Source of the DNA: Candidatus Bathyarchaeia archaeon
Lineage (GTDB): Archaea; Thermoproteota; Bathyarchaeia; Bathyarchaeales; Bathycorpusculaceae
NCBI GenBank assembly: GCA_038882975.1
Contig: JAVZNE010000001.1
Location: 1 to 64,000, forward strand
Reading direction: 5' to 3'
DNA length: 64,000 bases
Within the stretch, counting starts at the first letter, position 1. Every line of letters begins with the position of its first letter. Below the pieces are notes generated by a model. That model worked only from the letters and a program-made list of their open reading frames with translations. It made no database searches and was not told the DNA's origin. This document shows, one piece after another, positions 16,292 through 25,581 of this stretch. The position numbers and the translations under genes are program-made.

Positions 16292-16441
16292 GTTGTCTTT
16301 TATTTTCTTTTTCTAAACCATAGTTTGAAGGCAATGGTTTTTGCTGTTTCGCTTTTGCAAAAACACTAGCTCCTCTATGGTTTTCGAAAGTGTTTGTTAT
16401 TAGGTTTTAATGTTAATTGTGAGCGTGTACGTGAAGACGGT

Positions 16442-16918
16442 TTATTCGTTTGTTTCGTTTTCTATTTTTTGGAGGAGTTTTTGGGTTCTTGTTTTCACGA
16501 ATGCTGCGATTTTTTCCGTTGTTAGTATTTCTTCTTCTCTTTGCCTTTCCAGCTTTTCTTCGATAACTTGAAGTAGCTTTTCGTAGTTGACTGGTTTTAT
16601 TAAGTAGGCGTCTGCGTTGTAGTTTAGGGATTCAACGGCGTTTTGCAGGTTTGGGTAGCCTGTCACCATTATTTTTATCGTCTTTGGTGTTGTTTCATGA
16701 AGTTTTTTCAGTAGTTCCGTTCCGGGCATGTCTGGAAGCACTATGTCTAGCAGAGCGACGTTGTAGGCTTTTTCCTTCGACTTTTCTATTGCTTCTTTTC
16801 CGGTGTTAACTGCGTCCACATTGTAGCCTTCGGCTTCAAGGATTAGGCTTAGTGTTCTGCATATGTCGGTGTCGTCGTCCACTATTAGGATGCTTGCCTT
16901 TTCCCTCAACATTTTCAC
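16442..16918 (-). CDS. Response regulator (receiver domain)
   Basis: ILIVDDD, ALLDIVLPDMPG, MVTG and YLIKP motifs. Confidence 0.9.
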   Translation of the reverse strand: MKMLREKASILIVDDDTDICRTLSLILEAEGYNVDAVNTGKEAIEKSKEKAYNVALLDIVLPDMPGTELLKKLHETTPKTIKIMVTGYPNLQNAVESLNYNADAYLIKPVNYEKLLQVIEEKLERQREEEILTTEKIAAFVKTRTQKLLQKIENETNE

Positions 16919-17334
16919 CTCCGCCTTTCAAAAACCTTCAACTTTGAGAATTTGAGGAGATACACCTCTCTAAGCTTGTCAACCCATTCAGAAAAGAGTA
17001 TGGGACCTTTCTCCTCAAACTTAACGCCGAACTTTTTACACAAAATTTCCACTATTGTCCTTTCTAAAAGCGAAACTATTCCAAGGGGCGAAACCGTGTG
17101 AAAGCGTTGTCCATCAAACTCCAGTATGCTTCTTAACTCGCTAAAGAAGAATTCCGGATTTTGCGGTATACTCCTCAAGGGGAAACCCTTCCTTCTCAAA
17201 TAGTCGTAAAAGATTTCAACTGTTTTTTCGCCAAGTGAGTAACGGAGCGTCTCGTCAATCACTTCTAACAGTATTTTGTCGAATTCTTCCAAGCTCCCAC
17301 CAAGATTAAGTTTCATCGGCGTTGCGTTTATCAC
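16915..17334 (-). CDS. Hypothetical signalling-associated helical protein
   Basis: IDETLRYSLGEKTVEIFYDYL...IPQNPEFF...LLERTIVEIL; overlaps the receiver gene. Confidence 0.6.
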   Translation of the reverse strand: MINATPMKLNLGGSLEEFDKILLEVIDETLRYSLGEKTVEIFYDYLRRKGFPLRSIPQNPEFFFSELRSILEFDGQRFHTVSPLGIVSLLERTIVEILCKKFGVKFEEKGPILFSEWVDKLREVYLLKFSKLKVFERRR

Positions 17335-17608
17335 ACCCCTGAAACTGGCAAAGTTTCAGCTGCATTTACAGTCAATTCTTTAGGGGCATAATCAAAAACT
17401 TTGTCAAGTAGCAATTCGAACTAGAAATTATGATTTTCGATTTAGGAGAAATCTGTTCTATGCTGCCTCATTAGCCCTATTCAAATTTAGGACTGCTATG
17501 ATTCCTAAATTGTACCTTCTCAAGGTTTGCCTAAATAGTCAGAAAAACGTCATGTTTCAGCGGAAAATGGCTTTCAGCAGCTTTTATTTTCTCTAGCCCC
17601 TTCCCTCT

Positions 17609-18760
17609 CTAGATTTTGAAGCATTTTGCATAGAGAATTATGCCTATGGCTAGAATGGCGACGCATGACACCGCCACGATTGTCAGGTCAAAGATTATTG
17701 TTGGACTTGTTGTGGTGGCGCCCCTTAAAAGAAGGGATGTTAAGGCGTCTGTGACGTAGTAGCTTGGCACGAATCGGCTTACTGTCTGCGCGGTGGATGA
17801 GAGGGAAGCGCCTACGAAAGTTCCGAGGAAAAGTTGTGGCAGTACAAAGAGGAAGGATATTCCTGTGGCTGCCCCAGAAGTTTTTGAAATTGTCGCCGTG
17901 ACTAAGCCGAAGCCTACGTTAGATAGTGAGAAAATTAAAAGGAAGATGAAGGCGAGGAGGTAGGCGGAAAGGCTAACTGCTGGTCTGAAGCCCATCAAAT
18001 AAGTTGCAGTGAAAACGAGCGCTGCTTGAATTAGGGCTATAAGCATGTAGGAAAATACTTGGCTTGTCATAAACTCTGCGGGTGTTATGGGCGTTGTTCT
18101 AATTCTTTTCAACATGCCGTTTTCGCGGTCCTGTGTGAAGGACTGGGCAACCATCATTATGAGGAATATGGAGGCGAAGGTAAACATGCCCGGCGCCATA
18201 AACTCGAAGGCTGAAATCCGCCTCACATCTATTAAAGAGGCAATTTGCACGTTGATAGGACTTGGGGCTGCCTGCTGATTTAAAAATGCGGCTAAAACGT
18301 TTTGGATTATGGGCGGTATAGCCTGCGTGGCAACAACTGAACCCTTATCTAAATAGAGCAGAATGGTGGCATTTATCCAACTGCTTGGATTGTTTGGTGC
18401 TACATAGTAGGAGGCGAGGCTTTGGCTGAAGACTGTTGGAATAATTATGACCGCTTGAATTTTTCCTTGAGAAAGATCATTTTGGGCTGTCTCGTTGTCG
18501 GCGTAAACTTGCACATGTAAGAGCGTAGTGTTTGACAATGCCTCAATGAATTTTTGCGGTGCACTTTCAGAACTAGCTGAGTCCAAGTTAACCACACCTA
18601 TGTTGTAAACTGGTTGGGAGTTGCCTAAACCGCCGAAGGAAACTCCAAAGGTTAAGACAAAGACTAATGGGAATAGGAAAATCATGAAGAGGACGGCTGG
18701 TTCCCGAAAAGTCTTCTTTAATTCCTTCTTTGTTAGGGCATTTATTCTTTGAAAATTCAT
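17609..18760 (-). CDS. ABC-2 type exporter permease
   Basis: N-terminal TM, extracellular loop, DRENGMLKRI motif and multiple TMs. Confidence 0.9.
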   Translation of the reverse strand: MNFQRINALTKKELKKTFREPAVLFMIFLFPLVFVLTFGVSFGGLGNSQPVYNIGVVNLDSASSESAPQKFIEALSNTTLLHVQVYADNETAQNDLSQGKIQAVIIIPTVFSQSLASYYVAPNNPSSWINATILLYLDKGSVVATQAIPPIIQNVLAAFLNQQAAPSPINVQIASLIDVRRISAFEFMAPGMFTFASIFLIMMVAQSFTQDRENGMLKRIRTTPITPAEFMTSQVFSYMLIALIQAALVFTATYLMGFRPAVSLSAYLLAFIFLLIFSLSNVGFGLVTATISKTSGAATGISFLFVLPQLFLGTFVGASLSSTAQTVSRFVPSYYVTDALTSLLLRGATTTSPTIIFDLTIVAVSCVAILAIGIILYAKCFKI

Positions 18761-19506
18761 AAGATTTCCTCCCTTATCCTTCGCCCGGTTAGTTTTATGA
18801 AAACTTCTTCGAGGTTGTTGACATTGTTTTTGGAGATTAGGTTTTTAGGAGTGCCAAGGGCGATAAGTTGTCCATAGTCAATTATGCCTACCCGGTCGCA
18901 GAGATATTCCGCCTCCTCCATATAGTGGGTTGTTAAGAAAATCGTTTTGCCCTCCTTTTTCAGTTCTTGCAGAAAGTCCCAGACGGCATGGCGAGACTGA
19001 GGGTCCATGCCTATAGTAGGTTCGTCCAAAAATATGATTTGAGGGTTGTGAATTAAAGCCAAAACAATGCTTAGCCGCCTTTTCATGCCGCCGCTGTATT
19101 TTTCAACTTTTCTACGCGCGTCTTGGGTTAAACCCAACTTTTCAAGAAGCATGTCCCGCCTGCTTTTAAGCGTTTCTTTGTCTAAGGCGTATAGGTTCCC
19201 GAAAAGCTCCACATTCTCCACACCAGTCAAATATGGGTAAACAGCGGTTTCCTGAGGGCAAACGCCTATAAGCCCCTTAACCTTAGCGCTTTCCCTTTGC
19301 ACGTCATAGCCGCCTACCCAAACAAAACCGCTTGTAGGCTTCAAAAGACCGCAGAGCATGCTCACAGTCGTGGTTTTACCAGCCCCATTAGGACCAAGCA
19401 AACCAAAAAGTTCACCACAAACTACTTTAAGGCTTACGCCATTAACGGCAACAACATCTTCAAAACGTTTAACAACATTCTCCATTACTATGGCAAACTC
19501 AACCAT
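18757..19506 (-). CDS. ABC transporter ATP-binding protein (DrrA-like)
   Basis: GPNGAGKTT, YSGGMKRR and FLDEPT motifs; start trimmed to ATG 19506 so the gene does not overlap the tRNA. Confidence 0.92.
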   Translation of the reverse strand: MVEFAIVMENVVKRFEDVVAVNGVSLKVVCGELFGLLGPNGAGKTTTVSMLCGLLKPTSGFVWVGGYDVQRESAKVKGLIGVCPQETAVYPYLTGVENVELFGNLYALDKETLKSRRDMLLEKLGLTQDARRKVEKYSGGMKRRLSIVLALIHNPQIIFLDEPTIGMDPQSRHAVWDFLQELKKEGKTIFLTTHYMEEAEYLCDRVGIIDYGQLIALGTPKNLISKNNVNNLEEVFIKLTGRRIREEIL

Positions 19507-19593
19507 AACTGGACATCCATACGCTAACATTCTAAACAGCAACTTCCACATTATAAGATTTCGCCAAAACAATAGGGGTTCACGGTAAAATAT

Positions 19594-19696
19594 TGGCGGG
19601 CCCGCCGGGAATTGAACCCGGGACCCCCGGGTTTCTTCAGCCAAGGCCTTTTGAGCTTAAAAGCCCGGTGCTCTATCCTTACTGAGCTACGGGCCC
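19594..19696 (-). tRNA. tRNA-Lys(TTT) with a 25-nt canonical intron at 37/38 (19633-19657)
   Basis: GGGCCCG acceptor, CCGGG-CTTTTA[intron]A-CCCGG anticodon arm, encoded CCA. Confidence 0.92.
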
Positions 19697-19768
19697 ATGT
19701 CTGGTTTTCGTTTTAGAGAATTTGGGAGGATGCTATTTAGTATTTCGTTTAATCTTGCATTCAAAAAG

Positions 19769-20143
19769 TTAGGATGGTGGTGATTGAACCTTTAAGAGGC
19801 TTGTTATGAAGTTCTTTATCTTATCATTAGCACTAAGAATAGTTTCTATTGTTTTTGCTCCTTTCTCTGTTAGCCTATAAACTCTTTTCCTTTCGTTCCA
19901 TGTGCCCTCTATTAACCCATTCCTTTCTAGCGAGTAGAGTAAGGAGTAGACGGTCCCTGAGCTTACTAGTAGGTGGAATTTGTTGTGGATGAAGGATATT
20001 ACGTCATAGCCGCTCATGGGGCCGTTTCTTAGTTCAGCCAAAATTATTATGTCCATGAAGTTTTTGATTATGCGTTCATGCATTTTCTTTAATATTTTTC
20101 CTTCCAACTTTCCACCGCCAACAATAATCGTCAAAGCCGTCAT
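19769..20143 (-). CDS. PadR-family transcriptional regulator
   Basis: MSGYDVI...SSGTVYSLLYSLERNGLI...YRLTEKG. Confidence 0.88.
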   Translation of the reverse strand: MTALTIIVGGGKLEGKILKKMHERIIKNFMDIIILAELRNGPMSGYDVISFIHNKFHLLVSSGTVYSLLYSLERNGLIEGTWNERKRVYRLTEKGAKTIETILSANDKIKNFITSLLKVQSPPS

Positions 20144-20308
20144 GTTTATTCACATTTTAACATTTTAGGTTGAATATAAATATTTAAATTTTATTCTAAT
20201 TCTGAATTCGAAGTTGAAATCGAATAAAACAAGTTTAAACATAACACAAATAAATTAATAAGCCCATACACCAAAATCAATACTTAAGACTGTTCAGAGG
20301 CTAATTAT

Positions 20309-21205
20309 ATGAAGACCGTGCCCAAAAGTAAGCGCATCTATTCCTTTTCGCCAAAGCATGAGCCGGCGGAATATGTCAAACCAGGAGAAAAAATTCGCTT
20401 AGAGTTGGAGGACGCCTTCGGAGGACAGATTAAAGATGAAGGAATGCCACTAGAAGAATTGGACTGGTCTAAGGTTAACGGTGCCACTGGCCCCATATTC
20501 ATTGAAGGAGCCGAGTCCGGCGACACGCTTGTCGTTCAAATAGAGGAGATAAAGGTGGCTGAAAAGGGCATCATAGCAGTTGTGCCAAAACATGGCGCCC
20601 TAAAGGATAAGACCTTCAAGGCTAAGATAAAATTTGTTCCAATAATTGGCGAGTATGCCCATTTCGAAAGGGACGTAAGGGTGAAAATTTGCCCCATGAT
20701 TGGAACCATTGGTGTGGCTCCAGTGGCTGGTGAAATTCCAACTGGCAATTTGGGCAGACATGGTGGGAACATGGACGTCAAAGAAATAACACGTGGAACA
20801 ATTCTTTATCTGCCGGTCTTTGCTGATGGGGCGCTTTTTGCTGCTGGCGACCTGCACGCAGTTCAAGCCGACGGGGAAGTTTGTGTTTCAGCAATAGAAG
20901 TTTCAGGTAAGTTGACGTTAAGCTTTGACGTTCTTAAGGGAAAAAGCGTTTCGTGGCCTATCTTGGAAACAGAAAGAAGCTATGAAATTTTGGTTTGCGC
21001 TGATTCGCTGGATGAGGCTTGCTCCTTAGCTGTTGAAGAAGCTGTTAAAGCATTAATGCACGGGTATAACTGGAGCTTTGAAAAAGCGTACATGTTTGCA
21101 AGCCTTGTTGTGGACCTTAGGATTAATCAGGTTGTGGATCCTAAAATGGGTGTCAGGGCGGTTATTCCGAAAGAATTTGTTACACATGGGGGGTTGGCGG
21201 TTTAA
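20309..21205 (+). CDS. Acetamidase/formamidase family protein
   Basis: TGPIFIEGA, HGGNMD and GDLHAVQADGE motifs. Confidence 0.9.
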   Translation: MKTVPKSKRIYSFSPKHEPAEYVKPGEKIRLELEDAFGGQIKDEGMPLEELDWSKVNGATGPIFIEGAESGDTLVVQIEEIKVAEKGIIAVVPKHGALKDKTFKAKIKFVPIIGEYAHFERDVRVKICPMIGTIGVAPVAGEIPTGNLGRHGGNMDVKEITRGTILYLPVFADGALFAAGDLHAVQADGEVCVSAIEVSGKLTLSFDVLKGKSVSWPILETERSYEILVCADSLDEACSLAVEEAVKALMHGYNWSFEKAYMFASLVVDLRINQVVDPKMGVRAVIPKEFVTHGGLAV

Positions 21206-21370
21206 AATTTCAAAGTTGCAGTAACTTTGGGGAATTTTGGGCTGACATTTTAAAGTTTAATTTTCATTAATTTTGGCTGAAAATAGCCTATTTTAACAGT
21301 TAGCGATATCTCTACATATTAACAAACGTTATTTTCTCTGTTAGCCCATTTTATGGCTGGTGTTTGGGAA

Positions 21371-21940
21371 GTGTTTTCGTGGAAGCGTTCCTTTGAGAGA
21401 TTAAACAGCGAATATGAGACTGTTATGAAAAAGAGGCAAGCTTTGAACAGTTTGCTTGAAAGCGGAAGAATTTCGCGGCCAACATATGAGCTTTTTGAGA
21501 GCGAGATGAACGAGGCCATAGCTGAGATTGAGAGGCAGAGGAAGGCTTTAATGGATAAGATGGCTGTTAAGGCAAGGGAGCTTGAAGAGCAAATCAAGAC
21601 TTTAGAGAAGTTGTTGGCGAATTTTGAGATTCAGCACGTTGGCGGTGAAATAGAGGAGGAAGTTTACCAGAGGGAGATATCCCTCCTTTCCATGGGGCTT
21701 GAAAGCACAAGGCAAGAGTTAAACGCCATCAAAGAAACCATTGAAAAGCTTACAAACCCGCAGATAACGGAAAGTATCCAACCACAACAACAAGAAGTGG
21801 AACAAAAACCCGCTGTGAGCGGTGAAACTGGAAGTCTTGAAGTGGCTGTTGTGGAACTAACCCCAAAAGTTGAAGCTGAGGGCGCAAGCGAAAACTTGCA
21901 GGAAACCCAACAACAAGTAGAACAGAAAAGCGAGGGATAG
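21371..21940 (+). CDS. CdvA-like coiled-coil protein (stand-alone)
   Basis: ALNSLLESGRISRPTY and FEIQHVGGEIEEEVY parallel motifs in the CdvA at 50072-50797. Confidence 0.7.
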   Translation: MFSWKRSFERLNSEYETVMKKRQALNSLLESGRISRPTYELFESEMNEAIAEIERQRKALMDKMAVKARELEEQIKTLEKLLANFEIQHVGGEIEEEVYQREISLLSMGLESTRQELNAIKETIEKLTNPQITESIQPQQQEVEQKPAVSGETGSLEVAVVELTPKVEAEGASENLQETQQQVEQKSEG

Positions 21941-22034
21941 CTAAAACCCTTTTCTCCTTTTTCTATTTGGTTTCGCCATCTAAGCAAGAACAAGAGAATT
22001 TTATATTCCGCGCCATCCACATTATTTTCGAGGC

Positions 22035-23126
22035 TTGTGTTTGCAGAGCGAGAATGTCTTGATGACTTTCCATGAAAAGTTTAAGCAGTACGACCTTGGA
22101 GAGGGACACCCATTTAGGGGAGACAGATTCATAAACGCTATGAACTTCTTTAGGGAACAGAGCCTTTTGAGTCTGCCTAATCTAGCGGTTGTAGAGCCTA
22201 AACCAGCATCTAAAGAAGATTTGCTAAGGGTTCATGACGAAGGATATGTAAATCTAATTTTTCGCTTGGCATCTGAAAGTAAACCCTATGACATTGAAAC
22301 CCCAGTTTCGCCGCAAATTCTTGAAGCTGCATTGCTTATTGTGGGCGGCGCTTTGGAATGCGGCAAAGCTATTTACAATGGAGAAGCGAAAAGAGGTATT
22401 TCGCTTGGTGGGGGTTTCCATCATGCTGGAAGAGACTATGGCGGAGGTTTCTGCCTATTTAACGATATAGCCATCCTCATCGAATATTTAAGAGCTGAAA
22501 AAGGCGTGAAAAAGTTCCTCGTGTTGGATTATGATGTGCACTTTGGAAACGGCACAAGCGACATTTATTACCGCGACCCCAGTGTGCTTTTCATATCAGT
22601 CCATCAAGACCCCAGAACACTTTATCCGGGCACCGGGTTCACTTGGCAGACCGGCGAAGGCGAAGGAAAAGGCTACAATGTTAACGTGCCGCTTCCACCC
22701 GGAACAAGCGATACGTCATTTCTTTACGCCGTGGAAGAAATTTTTGTCCCCTTGGCTGAAGAGTTCAGACCAGAAATAATAATTGCTAATGGCGGAAGTG
22801 ACCCACACTTTGCTGATATGCTTGGAGATTTGAGCCTAACAGTCAAAGGCTTTTTCGCCCTATCTAGCCTAATAAGGGAAATAGCAAACAAAGTCTGCAA
22901 CGGAAGGCTTATCATGCTGGTCGGAAGCGGCTACAACCCAAAAGTTTTACCACTCTGCTGGTATGCCCTCATAGCCGGAGCCATTGGAATCCAAAGTTTT
23001 AACTTGAAGGAGCTTTATACTCCGCCGGTTGAGCCTGCCTTTGTAAGAAGAAATGTTGAAAGCGTAGTTGAAGAGTTAAAGAGCATGCTCAAAGAAAAAT
23101 GGACATTAGGTAAGAGTTTTAAGTAA
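22035..23126 (+). CDS. Histone deacetylase family (AcuC/AphA) protein
   Basis: HP, GGFHHA, GFCLFND, DVHFGNGT and NVPLPPG motifs. Confidence 0.93.
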   Translation: MCLQSENVLMTFHEKFKQYDLGEGHPFRGDRFINAMNFFREQSLLSLPNLAVVEPKPASKEDLLRVHDEGYVNLIFRLASESKPYDIETPVSPQILEAALLIVGGALECGKAIYNGEAKRGISLGGGFHHAGRDYGGGFCLFNDIAILIEYLRAEKGVKKFLVLDYDVHFGNGTSDIYYRDPSVLFISVHQDPRTLYPGTGFTWQTGEGEGKGYNVNVPLPPGTSDTSFLYAVEEIFVPLAEEFRPEIIIANGGSDPHFADMLGDLSLTVKGFFALSSLIREIANKVCNGRLIMLVGSGYNPKVLPLCWYALIAGAIGIQSFNLKELYTPPVEPAFVRRNVESVVEELKSMLKEKWTLGKSFK

Positions 23127-23137
23127 TGCCTCTAAAC

Positions 23138-23503
23138 TTACACGTATCCTTCAACTCCAAACGATTTAATATCATCAATCCAAGCGTCAGGATGAATCCT
23201 TTCAACGATACTCTTCTTCCAATTATAGATCATTTTACTATAATTGCACATGATAATTTCATTATAGCAGACGTGATGTTTTCGAAATTGCCTTTCTGTT
23301 AAGTTCCAGTAATTCACACCTCTAGCAGTTAAAATTACCACTCTGTCATAATGCCGGAGCTTATTAATTAGCTCCTTATTAGGCTTTTGAAGATTAAGCG
23401 ATAGTTTAAATAGAATTTGAGCAACTTTTCTAAGGAAACGGCATATCAAACGAGATTTGAATAACGTCTCATCTACATCAACAATTATGACCCTTTCTTC
23501 CAT
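23138..23503 (-). CDS. HAD-superfamily hydrolase-like protein
   Basis: IIVDVDETL, ILTARG and WIDD motifs; likely start MEERVII. Confidence 0.7.
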   Translation of the reverse strand: MEERVIIVDVDETLFKSRLICRFLRKVAQILFKLSLNLQKPNKELINKLRHYDRVVILTARGVNYWNLTERQFRKHHVCYNEIIMCNYSKMIYNWKKSIVERIHPDAWIDDIKSFGVEGYV

Positions 23504-24240
23504 TTCCTGTCCACCACCACAGACGCAAAGGCATAAATAAGCTCTCCCATAAATATCTGCAAAGGATATTCCCACAGTGTGATGATTTGAAAGGGGAAAA
23601 ATATTAGAAAAGCCTCATAAAAGGGTTTATCAAACAACGTTCTATCGATGCTATGATAACGTATAGTAACTGATAACGTGTAACTTCTAGCATCTGTTGC
23701 TAGAAAGGGTAAATATAGGATAAGACAAGGATATAGAATGGAAATGTTGAAATTTGACATAACAATAGGAACAAGCATCGCCTTAATGAGCCTCATGTAC
23801 GGATAGAAAGTTATCCTATCACGTTTCTTTTTCCGGCTATTAAACAACACAATAGTGATGCCCAACACAACCAACCATATGAGATATGGTAGACTAGGAA
23901 TAAGCCAAGCGACAAATATTAATAATGCTATTCTTATAATGAGCGCTGCTTTGAAGTTTACATGTTTCGTGTATTCTCTGAAAGACGGAGCGTCTTCGTG
24001 CTTCACAGCAACATAATCATTTAATAAATATCCAATTTCATAGAAAGCCCATGAAGCAATATAAAGCAGGGCGAAATGCCATGTATAGGTGCAAAGATCC
24101 CACCTCAACAAATAATATAGCACTGGGTAAAAGATAACCGCGTCCTTGAATACGCTCTTTAAGCCGGAAAGCGGTGTGGACTTGCTCCGGTACAATGTTA
24201 AAGTTAACGGAAAGTGTGCAATAAAGCTCTCTAATCTCAT
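23485..24240 (-). CDS. Multi-pass membrane protein, UbiA-like
   Basis: YEIGYLLNDY motif and hydrophobic helices; AT-rich codon usage. Confidence 0.6.
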   Translation of the reverse strand: MRLESFIAHFPLTLTLYRSKSTPLSGLKSVFKDAVIFYPVLYYLLRWDLCTYTWHFALLYIASWAFYEIGYLLNDYVAVKHEDAPSFREYTKHVNFKAALIIRIALLIFVAWLIPSLPYLIWLVVLGITIVLFNSRKKKRDRITFYPYMRLIKAMLVPIVMSNFNISILYPCLILYLPFLATDARSYTLSVTIRYHSIDRTLFDKPFYEAFLIFFPFQIITLWEYPLQIFMGELIYAFASVVVDRKWKKGS

Positions 24241-24360
24241 TTTTGTCCCATTCAGGATGAGTTTGTTTGCCGCAACTGAAATTTGTCTATTACCTTTCCC
24301 TTTTTATAGTTAATTGTGGCTAATTTTAAGGTTGCCCAGAATTAGCGGGGAGTTAAATCT

Positions 24361-25488
24361 TTGGAGAATATAGAGAATATTCGCAGCCTCTTTCCAGTGG
24401 TTAAGAATAGGGTTTTCTTGAATCATGCTGCCCAGTCTCCCCTTCCAAAGCCTGTTGCCGATGCGGTTAAAAGGTGTGTGGAAGATTTCTCCGCGTTTGG
24501 GAGCGTTTCCACTTCAGAGTGGGATGACTGTGGGAAGGCTTTGTTTGCAAGGCTTATAGGCGCAAAGCCGGAGGAAATAGCCCTTGTTGAGAATACTTCT
24601 GTTGGCTTAAATATAGTTGCGAACGTGCTGGAGTATCCGCCGGGCTCAAAGGTTGTGACTACTGATTTGGAGTATCCCTCGGTGGTTTATCCATGGCTTA
24701 AACGAAGCCTAGGCGTCAAAATCCATTATGTTAAAAATGTTGGCGGGAAAATTCCGCTTGAAGATTTTGAGAAAGCCGTAGACGATAGCACTGTTGCTGT
24801 TGCAGTAAGCCACGTTGAATATGTTAATGGCTTCAGAAACGATTTGAAGGCTTTAAGCCAAATAGCCCATGAGCACGGCACATACCTAATCGTTGACGCC
24901 ATACAGTCGGCTGGCGTAATACCAATAGACGTTAAACGCGAAGGCGTAGACTTTCTGGCAACGGCATGCTACAAGTGGCTTCTAAGCCCCACTGGAGCGG
25001 CATACCTCTATGTACGGAAAGACCTCATAGAAAAATTTGAGCCGCCCTACATTGGATGGGCAAGCGTTAAACAAGAAATTTTTGAAACTGTGGATTTTTG
25101 GGACATTTGGAGTTTGAGGCTTTCAGAAGCGGCAAGTCGCTTTGAGGTGGGAACACCAAGCTTCTTAAGTTTTGTGGGCGCGGCTGAAGCCATAAAAATG
25201 CTCTTGGGCTTTGGAATTGAAAACATTGAAAAACGCGTTTTAAAGCTTACAGACCATTTGATAGAGGCTGTTAAAGCCTTAGGCTTAGAGCTTCAAACAC
25301 CAGAAGAACCTAAACACCGCTCTGGAATAGTCAACTTCAAAATTGACAAGCCAAAAGAGATTGCTGAACAATTAAGGCGCATGGGCATCGTTGTATCCGC
25401 AAGAGCCAAGGGAATAAGAGTCTCACCACACTTCTACAACACGGAGGAAGAAATAGACAAACTCATAGATGAGGTTAAAAAGGCATAA
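24361..25488 (+). CDS. Class V PLP-dependent aminotransferase (cysteine desulfurase-like)
   Basis: FLNHAAQSP, VDAIQSAG, YKWLLSP and IRVSPHFYN motifs. Confidence 0.9.
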   Translation: MENIENIRSLFPVVKNRVFLNHAAQSPLPKPVADAVKRCVEDFSAFGSVSTSEWDDCGKALFARLIGAKPEEIALVENTSVGLNIVANVLEYPPGSKVVTTDLEYPSVVYPWLKRSLGVKIHYVKNVGGKIPLEDFEKAVDDSTVAVAVSHVEYVNGFRNDLKALSQIAHEHGTYLIVDAIQSAGVIPIDVKREGVDFLATACYKWLLSPTGAAYLYVRKDLIEKFEPPYIGWASVKQEIFETVDFWDIWSLRLSEAASRFEVGTPSFLSFVGAAEAIKMLLGFGIENIEKRVLKLTDHLIEAVKALGLELQTPEEPKHRSGIVNFKIDKPKEIAEQLRRMGIVVSARAKGIRVSPHFYNTEEEIDKLIDEVKKA

Positions 25489-25581
25489 CAAGGTTAAGGC
25501 ATCAATTATTACCGAAAAACTAGAGGGGCCTATCAATTTTGCAGTTCTCCGCCAACAGCAAAATTGACATCAACATGGCCT

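Noticed and set aside
16133-16369. 78-aa ORF crossing the element B att (and 5594-5779 crossing tRNA-His) as a split gene
   Set aside because: No recognisable domain; these are antisense readings of tRNA sequence, and integrase B is intact.
19507-19644. N-terminal extension of the ABC ATPase in the ORF track
   Set aside because: It overlaps tRNA-Lys; the conserved domain begins at ATG 19506.
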